The notes beneath the pieces were generated by a model. The model did not search any database, was not told the DNA's origin, and was given only the letters and a program-made list of their open reading frames with translations. A program made the position numbers and the translations under genes. A DNA stretch of 64,000 nt from an uncultured delta proteobacterium (lineage in GTDB: Bacteria; Desulfobacterota; Binatia; UBA9968): positions 121,953-185,952 of the forward strand of contig CAVTUQ010000014.1 in assembly GCA_963737905.1 (NCBI GenBank), in the 5' to 3' direction. Below, piece after piece: positions 59,994 through 64,000 of this stretch (position 1 is its first letter; each line of letters begins with the position of its first letter).

Positions 59994-60923
59994 TCAGTCG
60001 GCCACTTTGATGACGATCTTGCCGCGGCGGTGCAGCGCGCCTTCGAGCATCTCGTGTCCCCGACGGGCCTCATCGAGCCACAAGACTTCGCCCACTTCAC
60101 TCTGGAGCGCCCCCGCGTCGATCATCTCGCCGATCATTTTCAATCTCTCCGTCGTTACCTGAACGAGGAAGAAAACGGCCCGCACACCGTGCTGCTGCGC
60201 CCTTTCTCTAGAAGGCTGGGCTACTGAGGACACGACGATGCCACCGCGCTTGAGAATTCCATAGGAGCGGTCCAGCGTATCTCCGCCCACCGTATCGAGC
60301 ACCGCGTCGATATCTTTCACCCGTTCTTCGAACCGCCTTGTCCGATAATCAATGACTCCATCGGCGCCGAGTCTGCGCACGTAAGAGTCGTTTTCAACCG
60401 ATGCGGTGGCGATCACCACCCCTCCGGCTCGCTTGGCAAGTTGCACTGCATAGCCGCCGACATTACCCGCCCCGCCGTGGACGAGCACGGACTGCCCGGA
60501 CAATAGCTGGGCAAAATCAAAAACCATCTGCCATGCGGTCACCGCCACAACAGGAACCGACGCCGCATGGACGTGGTTGAGGGTTTTTGGCTTGGGCGCG
60601 AGCATCGTCGCTTTGACGGCAGCATATTCCGCGTACGCTCCGGCGAAACGTTCATTGGTTACGCCGAAAACTTCGTCGCCGACTTTCAGTTCTTCTACGC
60701 CGGCGCCGATGGAATCTACCACACCGGATATATCGGAGCCTAAAACTAAAGGAAGCGGCTGCGGAAGGACGCTCTCTCCCCTACGGATCAAAGCGTCCCA
60801 AGGCCCGATCCCGGCCGCTTTAACTTGCACCACGACCTCTCCGAGACCCGCCTCCGGTTTGGGCACCTCATCGAGGGAGATGACTTCCGGCAAACCGAAC
60901 CTGTGAATTCGAACAGCCTTCAC
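59994..60923 (-). CDS. NADPH:quinone reductase-type MDR oxidoreductase
   Basis: MKAVRIHRFG, VLVHGGAGNVG, GKIVI. Confidence 0.92.
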   Translation of the reverse strand: MKAVRIHRFGLPEVISLDEVPKPEAGLGEVVVQVKAAGIGPWDALIRRGESVLPQPLPLVLGSDISGVVDSIGAGVEELKVGDEVFGVTNERFAGAYAEYAAVKATMLAPKPKTLNHVHAASVPVVAVTAWQMVFDFAQLLSGQSVLVHGGAGNVGGYAVQLAKRAGGVVIATASVENDSYVRRLGADGVIDYRTRRFEERVKDIDAVLDTVGGDTLDRSYGILKRGGIVVSSVAQPSRERAQQHGVRAVFFLVQVTTERLKMIGEMIDAGALQSEVGEVLWLDEARRGHEMLEGALHRRGKIVIKVAD

Positions 60924-60926
60924 ACG

Positions 60927-61800
60927 CTAACGAAAGATTTCGGTAAACTGTACAAACGTCGGGTGTAACGCTTGAGCTTTATTGAGCCTATTCAAATAAT
61001 ATTCACTGGGCGGATAGTTTTTTACGCCCGCGGCCACTTCCAATCGATCTCTTAACACGGGACGTTTCGCCACGGCAACCGCTCTGCCGTTGGGCATCTT
61101 CGCAATTTCGGCTGTTAAACTTTCGCGATTCAGTGTAGTGTGGGGATACCTAGCCTGTGGATGGCTTTGCGTTTGTGAATGGCCGGCGAAACGGCTACCC
61201 CGCTTTGCGACCACAGGTCCTAATGGGAGGTATCCATGGCCGCCATTGCTCCACCTGTGGCAATGATCACGATCATAGCTATTGTTTTTTACCTTGCGCG
61301 ACGAAGCGCTTACAAAAACAGCAAAAAGACCCCGCGCCAGCGTGTTTGACACCATACACGGGAAGCAACGGTCGTGACAGATTCTGCACTGGTACAGGAG
61401 CCCACCCGCAGCCGCTGCCTGTGAAGGGACCGCGCATCTGGCTCGACATGAACCACGGGGGTACCCCCGGCGGGACATCAAATTCGGGAATGTCCTGTAA
61501 ATCGCTCGGCTTAAAGTCGTCACCCTACGGGCCCAGACTTGTCGGCGCATCAGGATGACTGATGGCCGTCCTGAGCGTATTCAATGCCGCGTTCCACTTG
61601 ACCAGCATCGCTTTCGTTAAGGCCTTGCGCTTCTCTTTATTGTTATTGGAGACGCTCTCGGGAAATGTGGGGCGGGGAATCTTTGCGCTATCGACCGCGA
61701 ACTCTTTGCCCTTGGGCGTTGCCTTCCATTTCGTCGACGCGCCGCCAGCGAGTTCGTCGAAGGCCACCACCGTTCTTTGGGCGACAATTGCCAAAGTGTG
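60927..61800 (-). pseudogene. Decayed hypothetical gene
   Basis: Protein-like stretches in successive frames (DELAGGASTKWKA..., AEIAKMPNG...FTEIFR*) with internal stops; family not recognised. Confidence 0.3.
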
Positions 61801-61922
61801 GCGAAACTAAAAGACAAGAATCGTCCAGACAGTCGTGTTGACTAGGCTGCCTTCGCCTCAATCTTTTCTAGAGCGCGGCTACCTTTTGTTGCGAAATCGC
61901 TTTATAGATTGTTGAAACAAAG

Positions 61923-63374
61923 TTGCTGCCAAGAGATCTGAACCCAGTGCGCGCTGCCGTAGTCATACTGTTTGCATTCCTCCTGGGTTGTTCGAGTACT
62001 CGCCCGCCCTCCACCCAGTCCCGCGCCAGTGGTGACACCGAGCAACCGAACATCGGGGTTATCCTGAGTCTCACGGATTTTCACTTCGACCCGTTCTATG
62101 ATCCGACACTCTTCCAGGCGCTTGTGCGCTCGCCACCGTCGGAATGGACGCGCATCTTCGGCGGTTCTCAGGTTTCGGGTTATGGTGAGTACGGCAAGGA
62201 CTCGAATTACAATTTGTTCGTATCCGCTATAAAGCATGCGGTCCTGGTCGCGCCCAACGCCGATTTCATTTTGCTGGCCGGCGATTGGCTGGCGCACGGT
62301 TTCACCGATACCTATTACCAGTATTCCGGCAGCCGTGATCCGCAGGGACTTCACGAGTTCATCGACAAGACGATAACCTTCTTAACCCAGCGCATCCGCG
62401 AACAGTTCCCGCACATCCCAATTTACCCGGCTTTAGGTAACGCGGACTCCTATTGTGGGGACTATCAGCTGCAACCCAAGGGCGAGTTCTTGCGTCGGAC
62501 AGCAGACACTTGGAAGGGACTGCTTCACAACGGTAACGATGAGCAAGCTTTCATGCAAACCTTCCCCAGCGGCGGATACTATACGGCCTCAGCACCCGGA
62601 CCGTCCACGCATCGTGTCGTCATCCTGAACACAGTGTTCTTCTCGACCGACTATCGAAATCAGTGCGGCGACCCGGAAGACGACCCGGCCGGCGATCAGC
62701 TCCGCTGGCTGGCTGCACAACTGCGGGATGCGGCCAACAAAGGCGACAAGGTTTGGCTACTCTATCACATTCCCTACGGCATCGATGCCTACAACAGTGT
62801 TATCGCGCCGGCTGGTAACGCAGTAGAGAAAGTCGTCTCGCTCTGGCAGTCCGGTTACACGGAGACGTTTTTGACCTTGCTGGACCAATATCGAGGTACC
62901 ATTCGGTCCATGCTAGCCGGCCACACGCACATGGATTACTTTAGACAGGGACCCTACGTTGAGACCGGACGACCCTCCGCCTTTCTGCTGGTGACGCCCG
63001 GCATCAGCCCCATCTTCGGGAACAATCCGGGGCTGCATCTACTGTCCTATGAACGCAAGACCTTCTCGCTCCTGGACTATACGACCTATCGACTCGACTT
63101 GGCCGCCGGGTCCGAGGCGGCCTGGAAAGAAGAATACCGCTTTTCTCGAACCTATCGCCTCTTCCCGTTGAGTGAGACAACGCTAAAAACTCTCTCCCGA
63201 TCTCTCAAGGAAGAGCCCCACACCCGTGCGACTTACATCGACTACTACAACGTGGTGGGCGATCCCGCTATGCCTCAGATGACCGACCAAACCTGGCCAC
63301 TTTACTGGTGCGCCATCGACTATCTCACCGCCGCACCCTTCCGGACGTGCGTGGAAAATTTTTCTCGGCCTTGA
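61923..63374 (+). CDS. Acid sphingomyelinase-like (SMPDL3-type) metallophosphoesterase lipoprotein
   Basis: Lipobox LLGC; TDFHFDPFYD, GDWLAH, GNADSYCGDY, YHIP, AGHTHMD, ISPIFGNNP. Confidence 0.88.
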   Translation: MLPRDLNPVRAAVVILFAFLLGCSSTRPPSTQSRASGDTEQPNIGVILSLTDFHFDPFYDPTLFQALVRSPPSEWTRIFGGSQVSGYGEYGKDSNYNLFVSAIKHAVLVAPNADFILLAGDWLAHGFTDTYYQYSGSRDPQGLHEFIDKTITFLTQRIREQFPHIPIYPALGNADSYCGDYQLQPKGEFLRRTADTWKGLLHNGNDEQAFMQTFPSGGYYTASAPGPSTHRVVILNTVFFSTDYRNQCGDPEDDPAGDQLRWLAAQLRDAANKGDKVWLLYHIPYGIDAYNSVIAPAGNAVEKVVSLWQSGYTETFLTLLDQYRGTIRSMLAGHTHMDYFRQGPYVETGRPSAFLLVTPGISPIFGNNPGLHLLSYERKTFSLLDYTTYRLDLAAGSEAAWKEEYRFSRTYRLFPLSETTLKTLSRSLKEEPHTRATYIDYYNVVGDPAMPQMTDQTWPLYWCAIDYLTAAPFRTCVENFSRP

Positions 63375-63402
63375 GTCGCGGCCGTACGGTCAACAGTGAA
63401 AT

Positions 63403-63864
63403 TCAGAATCGCGAAACGGCCCACAGGGAGCCGGCAATCGCGACTATGTCCTCGATCAAGGCGACATAGATGTCGGGTGTGCCCAATGCCTTCACGAGCC
63501 GTATGCGCGCCTGGTAGCCCCCAAAACAACCTACAACGCCGCCGGCGGCGCCAAGCAAAGCGCCCGGAAGAACGCTTTGCGCTCCGCTAGTGGCAACGCA
63601 CGCGCCCGTCAACCCACCCATCACAATGCGCGCAATCAGGCCCGGGGGCGCTGTGCGGCTTGGTGTTTTCGGGAGCTTGTCGGCCACGAGTTCTACCAGT
63701 GCAAGCAATGTAAAGATCGCGACAGAGGGAACCGAGCCAATGAGTGAGAGCGGGCCCTCGAGCTTTAGCCAGCCCAGGTGCACCGCCCACGCCGTCACGG
63801 CGGGGGCCGTAAGCGAGCGCAACCCGGCAAAAAAACCAATCAGAAAGGCAAATGGAAGTGTCAC
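63403..63864 (-). CDS. DUF4126-like membrane protein
   Basis: AGLRSLTAPA, ELVADKLPKTPSRT, ALIEDIVA; RBS AAGGAGG. Confidence 0.85.
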   Translation of the reverse strand: MTLPFAFLIGFFAGLRSLTAPAVTAWAVHLGWLKLEGPLSLIGSVPSVAIFTLLALVELVADKLPKTPSRTAPPGLIARIVMGGLTGACVATSGAQSVLPGALLGAAGGVVGCFGGYQARIRLVKALGTPDIYVALIEDIVAIAGSLWAVSRF

Positions 63865-64000
63865 TATGTAGTCCTCCTTCCGGCCGTCGATTTTCGGTCA
63901 CCGACATCGCCTGCACTTCACTGTTTTTGGCAAGTTTTCTCAACTGTCGGCTCTGTTTGCAAGGAAAATTTTGCGGGAATTCACCGACAAGCCATACGGT

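Overview
A 64-kb bacterial chromosome segment. Gene content and short repeats suggest a soil Candidatus Binatia-like (formerly Deltaproteobacteria) genome; this is inferred from family recognition, not from a search. The left ~29 kb is an accessory region. It holds relics of REP-associated tyrosine (HUH/Y1, RAYT-type) transposases, including three dispersed 3'-end copies. It also holds a coiled-coil/SH3 membrane protein, a divergent secreted esterase cluster (one tannase-family enzyme plus two paralogous alpha/beta hydrolases), defence-like genes (DUF3800, Abi-alpha/DUF4393-like, a pentapeptide protein with a TIR-like tail) and an orphan iteron-like origin structure. The centrepiece is a ~9.3-kb, apparently Sec-secreted, teneurin-like RHS/YD toxin gene. 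Its YD shell is interrupted by a ~870-aa triple glycine-rich insertion, it ends in an ADP-ribosyl-cyclase-like toxin tip, and a candidate immunity gene follows it. The right ~35 kb is mostly housekeeping or metabolic: ccmABCDEFG-HI, HD-GYP protein plus PAS kinase, amidohydrolases, Rieske oxygenase, ABC components, form II coxSLM, ribokinase, flavin monooxygenase, quinone reductase and a sphingomyelinase-like phosphoesterase. Many single-base frameshifts, some in ccmA and coxM/coxS, suggest assembly indels. I saw no rRNA, tRNA or CRISPR array. All family calls are from motif recognition by eye.
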